A DNA stretch of 64,000 nucleotides, from assembly GCF_001194135.2 (NCBI RefSeq), contig NC_068991.1, forward strand, positions 67,082,566-67,146,565. Reading direction: 5' to 3'. The stretch comes from Octopus bimaculoides (Eukaryota). Position 1 is the first letter of the stretch, and every line of letters starts with the position of its first letter. Under the pieces are notes generated by a model. It saw only the letters and a program-made list of their open reading frames with translations. It did not search any database and was not told where the DNA came from. The position numbers were made by a program, and so were the translations under genes. This document shows positions 52,701 through 63,167 of the stretch, in pieces.

Positions 52701-53455
52701 TTGAATAAACAACTGAATCTTCATCATCAAACGATGGCGATCTACCACCACCACATCATTTACACACACACACATACACAAACACCTTGCATTGTTATTA
52801 ACAAAGGTAAATTTCACCCTGTTACATAATTAGAATTTTTTCATGCATGACTAACGTATACAAAAACAGTTTCCATCATGATTCTTAACTTCCAGATTTA
52901 GCCTTGTGGTAAGAACCTGACTTAAGACCAAGGTTCCAATACTGAATCACTGAATTATTAGAAACTGCTTACTCATGCATGAAATGTGATGTTAATGGAG
53001 ACCAAATTGGGAAGTTAACAAAAACTTTTTTTTTAATAAGTTAAAAATAAGGGACAAGGGAAAACACCCCTGAACTTTGCAGGTCCTCACACTGGTTTGA
53101 GTGAGGTTTGCTTACATCTGTAAGGTGATATCTGCAGCAAAAGTAAGGATGAGAAAGAAACCAAAGGCCTGGTATTTTTGTTTGGAAGAAGGAACACTGC
53201 AAAAGGTATCCAAAGTTGCAGTGTTAAGCTGTCCAGTATATCAAAGCTGTCCTTCTCAAGGTTGTTCATAATGAAAGAGAAAGGAAGCTATTGAAAAGAG
53301 GTTTACCATGAACTTACCTCTACTCAAAGTATCTACTACAGCCATCCCCATACTGGCCAGGTCACCTGTAAACTTATACACACACATAAACATGTATGCA
53401 CACACACACAGAGTTTTGTTATACTTTTTATCTACCATTCAAAATAGTCATGCAA

Positions 53456-53488
<33 letters not shown>

Positions 53489-53670
53489 TACACACACAGA
53501 GTTTTGTTGGATTTTGAATCTAACATTCATATTAGTCATTCAAAACATAATATCTGAAAATGAAAATAATATTATGGTTTGTACTTATCCTAAAACTTTA
53601 TTGTCAGATTAATTCCTTCAAGAATTGCTTCATTACTGACCACAGGTCTTTCTCTTCTATTTTTGTTTAG

Positions 53671-53761
53671 TTAACCCTCTAATGGCTCGGATATTTGGTA
53701 CTTGGTCTCTTCTTTCTGCATTCCTCAGAATCAGCTGTTCTCTGGATTTTTCTAACTCCAT
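53671..53761 (+). CDS. ERG28: ERG28 coding exon 2 (91 nt)
   Basis: Acceptor TTTTGTTTAG|; (V)NPLMARIFGTWSLLSAFLRISCSLDFSNS matches [30 protein letters not shown]. Donor AT|GTAAGT, phase 2. Confidence 0.95.
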
Positions 53762-53959
53762 GTAAGTTAATTATAAGGAATTCTAGCATTAGCACAAAAC
53801 CACTTTTGATTGCTACTTATTTTATTGATCATAGAAGAATGAAAGACAAAGCCTACCCTAGTGGGATTTGAACTCAGAACAAAAATAAATACCCCAGGAC
53901 TATTTGTCTAGTGCTCTTATAATTCTGCTACCTACTGCCATCTAGACTGACAGTGAAAT

Positions 53960-54168
53960 ATTCTTTTCTACTCTAGGCACAAGGCCTGAAATCTTTTGGG
54001 GGAAGGGGCCAGTCGATTAGATCAACCCCAGTACACAACTGGTACTTAATTTATTGACCCTGAAGGGATGAAAGGCAAAGTCGACCACGGCGGAATTTGA
54101 ACTCAGAACGTAAAGACAGATGAAATACCACTAAGCATTTCACCTGGCATGCTAACGTTTCTGCCAGC
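53960..54168 (-). mobile_element. SINE family C
   Basis: Reverse complement of the GAGTTCAAATTCCGCC..GTCGACTTTGCCTTTCATCCC..GGTCAATAAATTAAGTACCAGT core. Confidence 0.8.
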
Positions 54169-54338
54169 TGACAGCTAAATATTGCAAAGTCTTCCATTTC
54201 ACAGCAGACAGCAACCAGATGTTGCTGCTACTACTACCACTTATAATAATAATAATAATAATAATAATAGTAAAGTGGACGTCAGATTTAGTAAGCACCA
54301 AGTTGGAATTTATCTGTTTTGACAAGGATTTTACAGAT

Positions 54339-54863
54339 NNNNNNNNNNNNNNNNNNNNNNNNNNNNNNNNNNNNNNNNNNNNNNNNNNNNNNNNNNNNNN
54401 NNNNNNNNNNNNNNNNNNNNNNNNNNNNNNNNNNNNNNNNNNNNNNNNNNNNNNNNNNNNNNNNNNNNNNNNNNNNNNNNNNNNNNNNNNNNNNNNNNNN
54501 NNNNNNNNNNNNNNNNNNNNNNNNNNNNNNNNNNNNNNNNNNNNNNNNNNNNNNNNNNNNNNNNNNNNNNNNNNNNNNNNNNNNNNNNNNNNNNNNNNNN
54601 NNNNNNNNNNNNNNNNNNNNNNNNNNNNNNNNNNNNNNNNNNNNNNNNNNNNNNNNNNNNNNNNNNNNNNNNNNNNNNNNNNNNNNNNNNNNNNNNNNNN
54701 NNNNNNNNNNNNNNNNNNNNNNNNNNNNNNNNNNNNNNNNNNNNNNNNNNNNNNNNNNNNNNNNNNNNNNNNNNNNNNNNNNNNNNNNNNNNNNNNNNNN
54801 NNNNNNNNNNNNNNNNNNNNNNNNNNNNNNNNNNNNNNNNNNNNNNNNNNNNNNNNNNNNNNN
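54339..54863. other. Assembly gap
   Basis: N run. Confidence 1.
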
Positions 54864-54919
54864 TTTTTTTTTTTATCGAAAAGGCTTCTATAGTTTTCAA
54901 GTGTGTAGTGCCCCAAAAA

Positions 54920-55225
54920 GTGAAAGCGCATGGCTCAGTGGTTAGAGTGTCGAGCATATGATCGTGAGGTTGTGAGTTCGAATCCCAGACCGTACTGCAT
55001 GTTGTGTTCTTTATTTCACGTTGCTCCAGTTCACTCAGCTGTAGAAATGAGTTGCAACATCACTGGTGCCAAGCTGTGATGGCTCCTTTGCCTTTCCCTT
55101 GGATAACACTGGTGGCGTGGAGAGGGGAGGCCGGTATGCATGGGTGACTGCCCAGACTTGTGCCTTGGAGGGTAACTTTCTAGGTGCAATCCCATGGTCC
55201 TTCATGACTGAAGGGGGTCTCCATA
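54920..55225 (+). mobile_element. tRNA/CORE SINE, family D, with 13-bp TSD
   Basis: Head GTGAAAGCGCATGGCTCAGTGGTTAGAG..GAGTTCGAATCCC; CORE-end TTGCTCCAGTTCACTCAGCTG. TSD AGTGCCCCAAAAA at 54907-54919 and 55226-55238. Confidence 0.85.
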
Positions 55226-55881
55226 AGTGCCCCAAAAAATCATCGTCTGTAGTGCCTACAAAATCAACCAAAATCGTTCTGGGAGGGTTTAAAAAACGTA
55301 ATTTTCTCCCAATTTTCATTTTGCTAAAAAGCAAGTCTAGAAGATTTCCAAGGGCACTTTGAAAAAAAAAATCTGAAAAATCACTGTCAAAGGAGAGAAA
55401 TTTTGACTTGTTGGTGCTTCCTGAGTCCACTAATAATAACAACAACAACAATAGTTTCAAATTTTGAGTGGAGTGGAAGTAATCAATACCATCAATTCTA
55501 GAATTTGACTGATGCCTTACTTTTTATTTGCCCCAGAAGGACAATAGGTAAAGTTGACATCAGCAACATTTGGGTTCTGAATATAAAAGTCAAAACAATT
55601 ATTGCAAGGGATTTTTCTCAATATTATTATAATACTGCCAGTCCACTGCCCTTACAGTGATGATGGTGGTGGTAGGGATTTCTAATTTCAACACAAATTC
55701 TCAGTTTTAGTGGCAACACATTTAATTAAATTTGTCTATCAAAGATTAAAGGATGAGAAAGCAATTACTGGAAATTGAAGAAAACTTGAGTGTTATCTCT
55801 CATTACCATAATGGTTGTCATTTATTATTGTGAGGTGATGAGTGCCAGATTTAAAACCTTTTAATAATTAGTTTGGGCTCT

Positions 55882-56070
55882 AAGGTGGCGAGCTGGCAGA
55901 ATCGTTAGCATGCCAGGTGAAATGCTTTGTGGTATTTCGTCTGTTTTTATGTTCTGATTTCAAATTCTGCCAAGGTCGACTTTGCCTTTTGTCCTTTCAG
56001 GGTCGATAAATTAAGTACCAGTTACGTACTGAGGTCAAACTAATCGACTGACCTCTTCCCCCAAAATTTC
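55882..56070 (+). mobile_element. SINE family C
   Basis: AAGGTGGCGAGCTGGCAGAATCGTTAGC head and GGTCGACTTTGCCTTT..GGGTCGATAAATTAAGTACCAGT core. Confidence 0.8.
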
Positions 56071-56247
56071 CTTGAAAAGTCCAAAGATGGGTGGAGGGGA
56101 TTCTTGGAAAATTCAAGTTATGGGGTGACGGACTTCTTGGGAAAGTCCGAGGAGGGGCAACTTCCACCTGGAGAAGTCCGAGGATGGGTAAAGGGGATTC
56201 CTGGAAAAGTCTGAGAAGGGGACTTCCTCCTGGAAAAGTCCGAGGAT
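56071..56247. repeat. G-rich minisatellite with CCTGGAAAAGTCCGAGGA core, about 6 copies
   Basis: Core variants recur every ~23-35 nt; no consistent reading frame. Confidence 0.75.
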
Positions 56248-56534
56248 TGATGAATTAATAAGTATTAAACTTGACAGAATAATCTGAATGCTAAATTGTT
56301 AATCATTTCTTACTTGATGAACTTTTAAAGCTGGTTTCAAAATGTTGATTTCTCTTTGATTATTCACGATTTAAATTCTGCTTTTAATCTTGGGAAAATG
56401 CTTAAGAAATGTAGAAGTAATTGAATGCAGTATTTTTTTTTTTTTAATTAGACTGAACACCTTTGACATCAGCTTTATTCATTTCTCATGTTTTGATAAA
56501 TTTCAAAATGTTGGCACCCAAATTATTTTTACAG

Positions 56535-56653
56535 GTTATACCATATGACTTTGGTTTCATTTTTGATGTCTAGTGGACACTTCCTCTCTGAATTACTTTG
56601 GTTTCAAACGGCTGGCACAGGTACAGGTATTCTGGTGCAATTGCTTTTTTCAG
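56535..56653 (+). CDS. ERG28: ERG28 coding exon 3 (119 nt)
   Basis: Acceptor TTTTTACAG|; (M)LYHMTLVSFLMSSGHFLSELLWFQTAGTGTGILVQLLFS contains the ERG28 GHFLSE motif. Donor CAG|GTAAGT, phase 1. Confidence 0.95.
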
Positions 56654-57853
56654 GTAAGTCTTTTCCACTGGGGGAATTTTGTGTTTTTATCACTCAGTCA
56701 ACTATGACACTTTATAAGGCGTCCAAGATGGGTGTGAGAGAAGGAGGAAAGTTCCTTTAAACTAGATGCGTTGTCAGAAAGTTTGCAACAAAGTCTACTC
56801 TGCTAAAAGTATATCTAACAACCAGATGACAACATAAAACTAAGTGATGGATTATATTTACTATGTAAATCAGCCGCTGCAGGATTTGATCCTAGAACAC
56901 AAACGACTGGAGAAAAATGTTGCAAGACATCCCATCTAATTCCAGTTTATTGCCCTAAAATTCTACTATATTTATTGATCTTTGAAGGATGAAAAGCAAA
57001 CTTGACCTCAGCAGGATTTGAACTCGGAGTCTCTGAAGCTGGAATAAATAACACAAGGTATTTTATCTGATGCTCTGACAACTCTGCCAATTCAACGCCT
57101 ATGCGTGTTGACAGAGGTGACTAGAACATATCCTTGCTGGTTATCTTCTAGCTGTAATGTTACTGCTTTATGTATTAATACATTAACACTAAGATACCTG
57201 TTGTTTTTAACAGAGGTGGTGTCATTAAATTATTTCATTTTTAGGCAATTTTCTTTTCTTACATCAATAAGTGTGCCATCTTGTATATTTATTGACTAAT
57301 TCATTATTATTTCAGAAAATACAGGTAAAGTTATGTTTTGCAGATAAGGTCAGAATAAAACTTAAACCTGTTTGGAGTTGTCTCTCATACTTTGAGGAAA
57401 ATGAAGAAATGATATTAGCCTTAAATTAATATCATTCTTTTTTTTTTACATTGCATATTTATTTCTACTGTTGTCACAAACTTACCTATTCTTAATATAG
57501 CTTAAACTATATCATAAATGCATCTTTGCTTTCGGGTCTACAAATTACTGTGATTTTAAACAGTTGTTAACCCTATGAAAGACTGCTACTAACAGAGTAA
57601 TCATCATCATCACCATCGTTTACTATCCTCTTTCCATGCTGGCATGGGTTAGATGGTTTAACAGGAACTGGTAGGCTGGAGAGCTGCACCAGGCTCTAGT
57701 CTGATTTGGCATGATTTCTACAGCCAGGTGCCTTTCCTAATGCCAACCACTCCAAGAGTGTAATGAGTGCTTTTTATGTGCCACTGGCACAGGTGTAAAA
57801 CTGATTATTTGATTGAACAGGTCAAGAAACTACATAGAAATTCCTTTATTTAA

Positions 57854-58231
57854 TTATTACCTCCGCCAAGGAAGGAGGTTATGTTTTCATCGGCATTGGT
57901 TTGTCCGTCTGTCTGCGTGCAAAATAACTCAAAAAGTTGTGAACGCTATTTGATGAAACTTGCAGAAAAAGTTGGTAATGACACAAGGAACAGTTGATGA
58001 AATTTTGGTAGTGATCCGGGAATTTTTATGGATTCTTGAAGGATTTTTCATTTGTTATATTTACTTTACATGAAGTATTGTTAAGTTCTTTGATTATCTC
58101 CCTTGAAAACATGTTCATCGTTTCTATGTAACCTATGGTGGCGTTGCTGTTTCCAAAGTTTATTTTCGTTTCTCTATTAGTAATTTTACTCGTGTATCTA
58201 TCTTAAAATGAGCTGCTTGACGGAGGTCTGC
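57854..58231 (+). mobile_element. Helentron-associated non-autonomous element (HINE/DNAREP1-like)
   Basis: 5' TTATTACCTCCGCCAAG-GAGGTTATGTTTT, internal CTGT-type microsatellite (GTCCGTCTGTCTG), and 3' sub-terminal inverted repeat TTGACGGAGGT-CTGC. Confidence 0.65.
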
Positions 58232-58237
58232 CTGCGG

Positions 58238-58745
58238 AGGATGACATGACAAGCCTTGACTATTGGGATCGACTCAAAAAGCTCAGGCTTTGCTCCCTCC
58301 ACCACCACTGTGAGCTCTATATCATCTGCATGATGTGGAAAATATTCCATCAACATTGCCCATCTTTAAAATTCATCCGAGGCTTGGCCCCCATGCNNNN
58401 NNNNNNNNNNNNNNNNNNNNNNNNNNNNNCACTACAGAAATGTTTGTGTTGTATCACAACACTATGACAGAACTATTTCACTTCAATTGGCCCTGCTCTC
58501 TTCAACATCATGCCAGACACACATAAAGGAGGAAAGTGACTTCACGGCATTCAAACGATCCCTAGATGATTACCCCCAACAAATACCAGATAAACCACCC
58601 ACACCCAGATATGTCTCTGAAAACAATAACCCTCTGCTTGAATAGGCTACAGTTCCCCAGAGCTGACTGTGTATCTCTTCCAAGTGGTGCTATTAAATTA
58701 GACATGGCCTGAGTCAACTTCAGCCAAAACTTATCTAAGTAATCT
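58238..58745 (+). mobile_element. CR1/L2-group LINE 3' end, decayed
   Basis: DYWDRLKKLRLCSL...YIICMMWKIF ... followed by frameshifted IPDKPPTPRYVS-like relic and a TAATC-type tail. Confidence 0.75.
58397..58429. other. Assembly gap
   Basis: N run. Confidence 1.
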
Positions 58746-59084
58746 AATCTATGCTGTAACCTATTAATCAAAGCATGACAACGTGGGTAAAGGCTGATAT
58801 CTTAACATTTCCGATGGTCTTAAGTATAAAAAAAATTATTAAATATTTATATAGCACTACATTCAGAGTATGTCTATAAGCTATTGTGTTTAGACCTGGT
58901 TTCTATCCTCAAACTGTTCCGTTTTGTAGATGCAATTTTTTTTTTTTTTTAATAAACCTCTCCGAAATTAGAAAAATCAAAAATCTGCAACAATCTTGGT
59001 CCCATGAGTATCAGATAATGGATTTTCAACTGTGTAAAGAAACTGATTGTGGTGAAAGCAGAGACAATGGTCGAGATAAGTATG

Positions 59085-59195
59085 GGAGGAGGTTATGTTT
59101 TTGCTGGCATTGGTTTGGAAAATTGGGCGATTTTCAGCATGTGTGTATATGGTTGGAAATAAGCTGCTTGGCGGAGGTCTACGCTCTTCTAGCTT
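59085..59195 (+). mobile_element. Short HINE-like element
   Basis: GGAGGTTATGTTTT..GGCATTGGTTTG ... GCTGCTTGGCGGAGGTCTACGCTCT, sharing ends with 57854-58231. Confidence 0.55.
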
Positions 59196-59322
59196 TATAT
59201 TGATTCATTACTTTTATAATGATTCCTCAATTTGATTAACTCTTAATTACATAAAAAAAAATTTATTCCTATTTGTTGTAAAAAGTGATAATACTCATTA
59301 GCTTTATATATTTCTCTTTCAG

Positions 59323-59396
59323 GTTTGTCTACAATTGCAATGGTAGTAGGATATTGGTTTTTAAATTCAGATTATAAACCAACAAAGAACTCTTAA
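59323..59396 (+). CDS. ERG28: ERG28 coding exon 4 (terminal)
   Basis: Acceptor TTTCTCTTTCAG|; (G)LSTIAMVVGYWFLNSDYKPTKNS* (TAA 59394-96) matches the last TM segment SFSILGMLVG and basic tail. Full ORF is ~153 aa. Confidence 0.9.
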
Positions 59397-60102
59397 GATG
59401 AGCCACTACTGCACAATTCAACAATGGAATTATTATAATTAAGAACAAGAGACTTCTGTGAGAATTACTGTGGTCACTGTACATCTCAGATGCTTTTATT
59501 TGCAGATAGCTGGTTGTCTTTTAACATGTAAAATCTCTGTTGACATATGGTAACTGATGGCTTCATGTGCTGGAGTACAAGTCATTGTGAGTTCAAATCT
59601 TTTCAAAGAAAACATATTAGTTTCTCATGGTAAAAACTAAGTTCACATTTGAATAAGTTGATGTTAAACAATTTACACTTGAGTGATTACAGTTAAAAAG
59701 CATATCCATTTGTTTAGTATTTATGAGAATGTCTGAATTTGCAGAAATAGCACACCCAGGCAAGTATTGTATTGTACCCTTCGGTAAAGTTAAAAACATA
59801 TTCCCTCTACCTCAGCTTTGCTTGTTGGGAAATATTTTGGTATTAGGAAAGGCCTGGAGTCAGTGATTTTTTTTCTTGATAAATAATTGACATCATGCTG
59901 GAGAGTTATAAGCTTATATCCTAATACTGGTGCTGTGATATTGTGCCTATAATGGAAAGGATTACTAGCATTATTAGGCACTACCTCTCTCCTTATTAGG
60001 ATTATTAGACACTAATTCTCTCCTTCCTGGCAGCAGAACAAATAACTTGGTGGTGGAGCATAAAAACTTGAACAATAATTAGAAACATTATCATGATGTT
60101 AA

Positions 60103-60284
60103 CCTTTTAGCATTTAGCCATATCCACGAGATCCAGCCTCTCACACCTACCCTGCAATGTTAGTCTAAAAAAATATATAGTCTCTTAATCGAAATCTCAA
60201 AGCTACAAGATAATGCACGATAAATTCAAAACAATGTGAATAAATAAGCATTACGTTTGATGGAATAATCTGAATGCTAAAGAG
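60103..60284. mobile_element. piggyBac-type (TTAA) MITE
   Basis: TTAA|CCTTTTAGCATT ... AATGCTAAAGAG|TTAA. Confidence 0.8.
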
Positions 60285-62394
60285 TTAAATATGTATAAAT
60301 TTCTAGAACTGTTCAACCCATATGTAGCAAAAGTAAAAAAAAAAAACACACACACTATTTTGAGTATGTCTACAATCAAACAAGGACTGAGTGAATCCCT
60401 GCTTTGATATACAAGTATGGCTTATATTCTGACTTGTAGAGTTTGAAGTAAAATTCTGTTGAGCCAATGAGATATATCTGATTAGTTTGTTAATGACAAA
60501 CTACTTAATCTTTCAGAAATGAACGAATGTCACCATCTTAATTCCCCCCCTCTCTATGTTTGTAATCATTTGCCTTTGTGAGAAATCAATGTTAGTGCAT
60601 CGCATAATGATTTAACTAATTAATATAATCAAGAATTAAATCAGTTCAATGTAACATGCAGAAAGAAAGCTAAGTTTTTCAAAGTGATTTTCTTTCATAG
60701 CATTTTACACCAATAAACCTCTATCAACACTGGAAGTTGAACAGAAGAGTTACAATTAATCAGAAGTATATGAGTTGTCCTTCTTAGTGTGTATACATAT
60801 ATATATACACATACACACGGCTACATACTAAGAACATGTCACCCGGATCAGCCAGGTTGTCTGGTGCTGAGTCAGCTCCACTGGCCACAGCATTTGGTCC
60901 ATTCCCCCGATGATCTCGCTATGCTCCACTCAGGTGGGAAGATGATTTGTGAAAGTGTGAGAATATGTGTTAATCCTTTTTTAAACCAATTATGTCACCT
61001 GTTTTTATGTTAAACCAGCCAGATCTGACCTCTCACACCTACCCTACAGTTTACTCAAGTGCTGTGAAGTAGGACTGAACCCTGAAATCACATGGTTACA
61101 AAACAAACATCTTATTGGTTGAAAAGGCCTTGTTACTTGTAAGGCTGGTAACTCTGCTTGCTTTCTGTTTTATCATCATCATCATTTAACATCCACTTTC
61201 CTGGCATGGGTTAGACAGTTTGACTGAAACTGGTAAGCCAGTGAGCTGCACCAAACTCCAGTCTGATTTGACATGGTTTCTATGGCTGGATGCCCTTCCT
61301 AACACCTCATATATTTTCCAATTTTTATAAAATACAAGTTGACGACTGTCAAAACCATTCCACATTTGTAATGTTTATTTATTACTAAAGTATTTTCAAG
61401 CACCATATTATTTTTTTTCCCAACAGCATATCAGTAATAACAATCTACTTACAAAGTCCATTCTGGAAATTTGTCGCATTATAATTGCAATCACTCATAT
61501 ATTTAAAGCTGATTTGGTCTCATCAAAACTGAATTGTTATCTTACCTTTACGATATTGACTTTTTGTTGTAACCATTCAACTGTCAGGATATTTTGCTAC
61601 AAGACAACTGTGAAATCTTATATCATTATAGTTTTACTTGCTAGTATAGGTTGAGTGAAACTTATTGAGGCAGGGTTCTATGGCTGAATGCTCTTCCTGA
61701 TGCTAACCCTGCAAGTAAGGTGTTTTATTCAATTGGTCTCCACATTTCAAACAACCAAGCTACAAGCATATTGTTTATGCAGGACATAAACAAGCATTAC
61801 TACTGCCCAAGCTGTGTCAATGTGAAGATAAGCACACACACACACTCTCATATATACATATATCATGGTCTTCCATACAGATTCCATCTACCAAATTTCA
61901 TTCACAAGGCAATAATAGAGGACACTTGCCCAAAGTACCACACCGTAACATCAAACCTGAAACTGCATGGTTGTGAAGAGAACTCTTTGACCACTCAACT
62001 ATACATGCACCTTGGCTATTTTGCCATGATTTGCATGTTGAAAATTTTACTTTCAGCTTCATTAGAATATTAATTCTTCAATTTCTGCCACTCTAAAACT
62101 GCAATACCAATCCTTATCTGTAACCTACTGATATGTACTCACCTTTGCTTTGTATCCAGCAAAACACAAAACTCCTTGGTTTTCATGTTTCCTCCCACTA
62201 ATACTTTTTCAATTAATTTTTTAGCATCATTATAGTTCAGTCTAAAGTAGATATTTGATCAAAGACTTTCCAACCATGACCATACCGTTTCACAGACTAT
62301 TATTAATTGAATGTCCCTCCCTTTTCAACTGAATAGGATGTAATTTGAGGGAGATCTGGCTGCTATTTCTAGTAGGTCAAATGAATATATAGAG

Positions 62395-62604
62395 CAGTGG
62401 TTCTCAACCTGGGTCCAAATAAGATTTTGTTGCTTAAGCTTGGGTTATACTTCTACAATATACGAAATATTTTAAATTTTTATACAATTCCCATTAATAT
62501 TTAATTATAAAAATGTAATGGGATTTTTTCAAACATCGAATGATTTTGAGGGTCCACCCAAGTAAATTTGGTATCAAAGGTAAAAAAATGGTTGAGAATC
62601 ACTG
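62395..62604. mobile_element. hAT-type MITE
   Basis: TIR CAGTGGTTCTCAAC...GTTGAGAATCACTG. The 8-bp TSD ATATAGAG / ATGTAGAG has one mismatch. Confidence 0.85.
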
Positions 62605-62818
62605 ATGTAGAGTCTGATTTGGTTTGATATTATTCCTGTCAAAATCTATGGTATTTCCTTGTTGAAATATTTCCTCTTCTCAGTAGTTTAAATAACAAAA
62701 CACCTGGTTCAGATGTCATGAGTCTTCTACTCAATTTCTTGATATTTACTATCATCACCAGACCTTCCCAGGCTAGGGAGATTGATGTGGTTTAAGTTCA
62801 GTTTGAACATCTATTCTA

Positions 62819-63167
62819 CAGGGTGTCCACAAAGTCTGGGTACATGGGGATTAACACATACTTTAAGAAATTATTATTTCTTATATTTAATTATGTTATG
62901 ATTTTATTTACTCCATATACCCACATGGGGATTAACACATCATCATTGTTTAACATCCGCTTTCCATGCTAGCATGGGTTGGACGATTTGACTGAGGATT
63001 GGTGAACTAGATGGCTACACCAGGCTCCAATCCGATCTGGCAGAGTTTCTACAGCTGGATGCCTTTCCTGACGCCAACCACACTTTAAGAAATTATTATT
63101 TCTTATATTTAATTGTTTATGTTATGATTTTATTTACTCCATGTAGCCAGACTTTGTGGACACCCTG
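62819..63167. mobile_element. Tc1/mariner-superfamily MITE (TA TSD) with internal duplication and nested RTE tail
   Basis: TA|CAGGGTGTCCACAAAGTCTGGGTACATGG ... CCATGTAGCCAGACTTTGTGGACACCCTG|TA (29-bp TIR, 1 mismatch). Confidence 0.9.

Noticed and set aside
17716-55000. tRNA-like A/B boxes at SINE heads as tRNA genes
   Set aside because: No complete cloverleaf; each continues into a SINE body and tail.
45488-56247. Regularly spaced repeats (45.5 kb and 56.1 kb) as possible CRISPR-like arrays
   Set aside because: The units are degenerate with no unique spacers or cas genes, and the context is eukaryotic; these are minisatellites.
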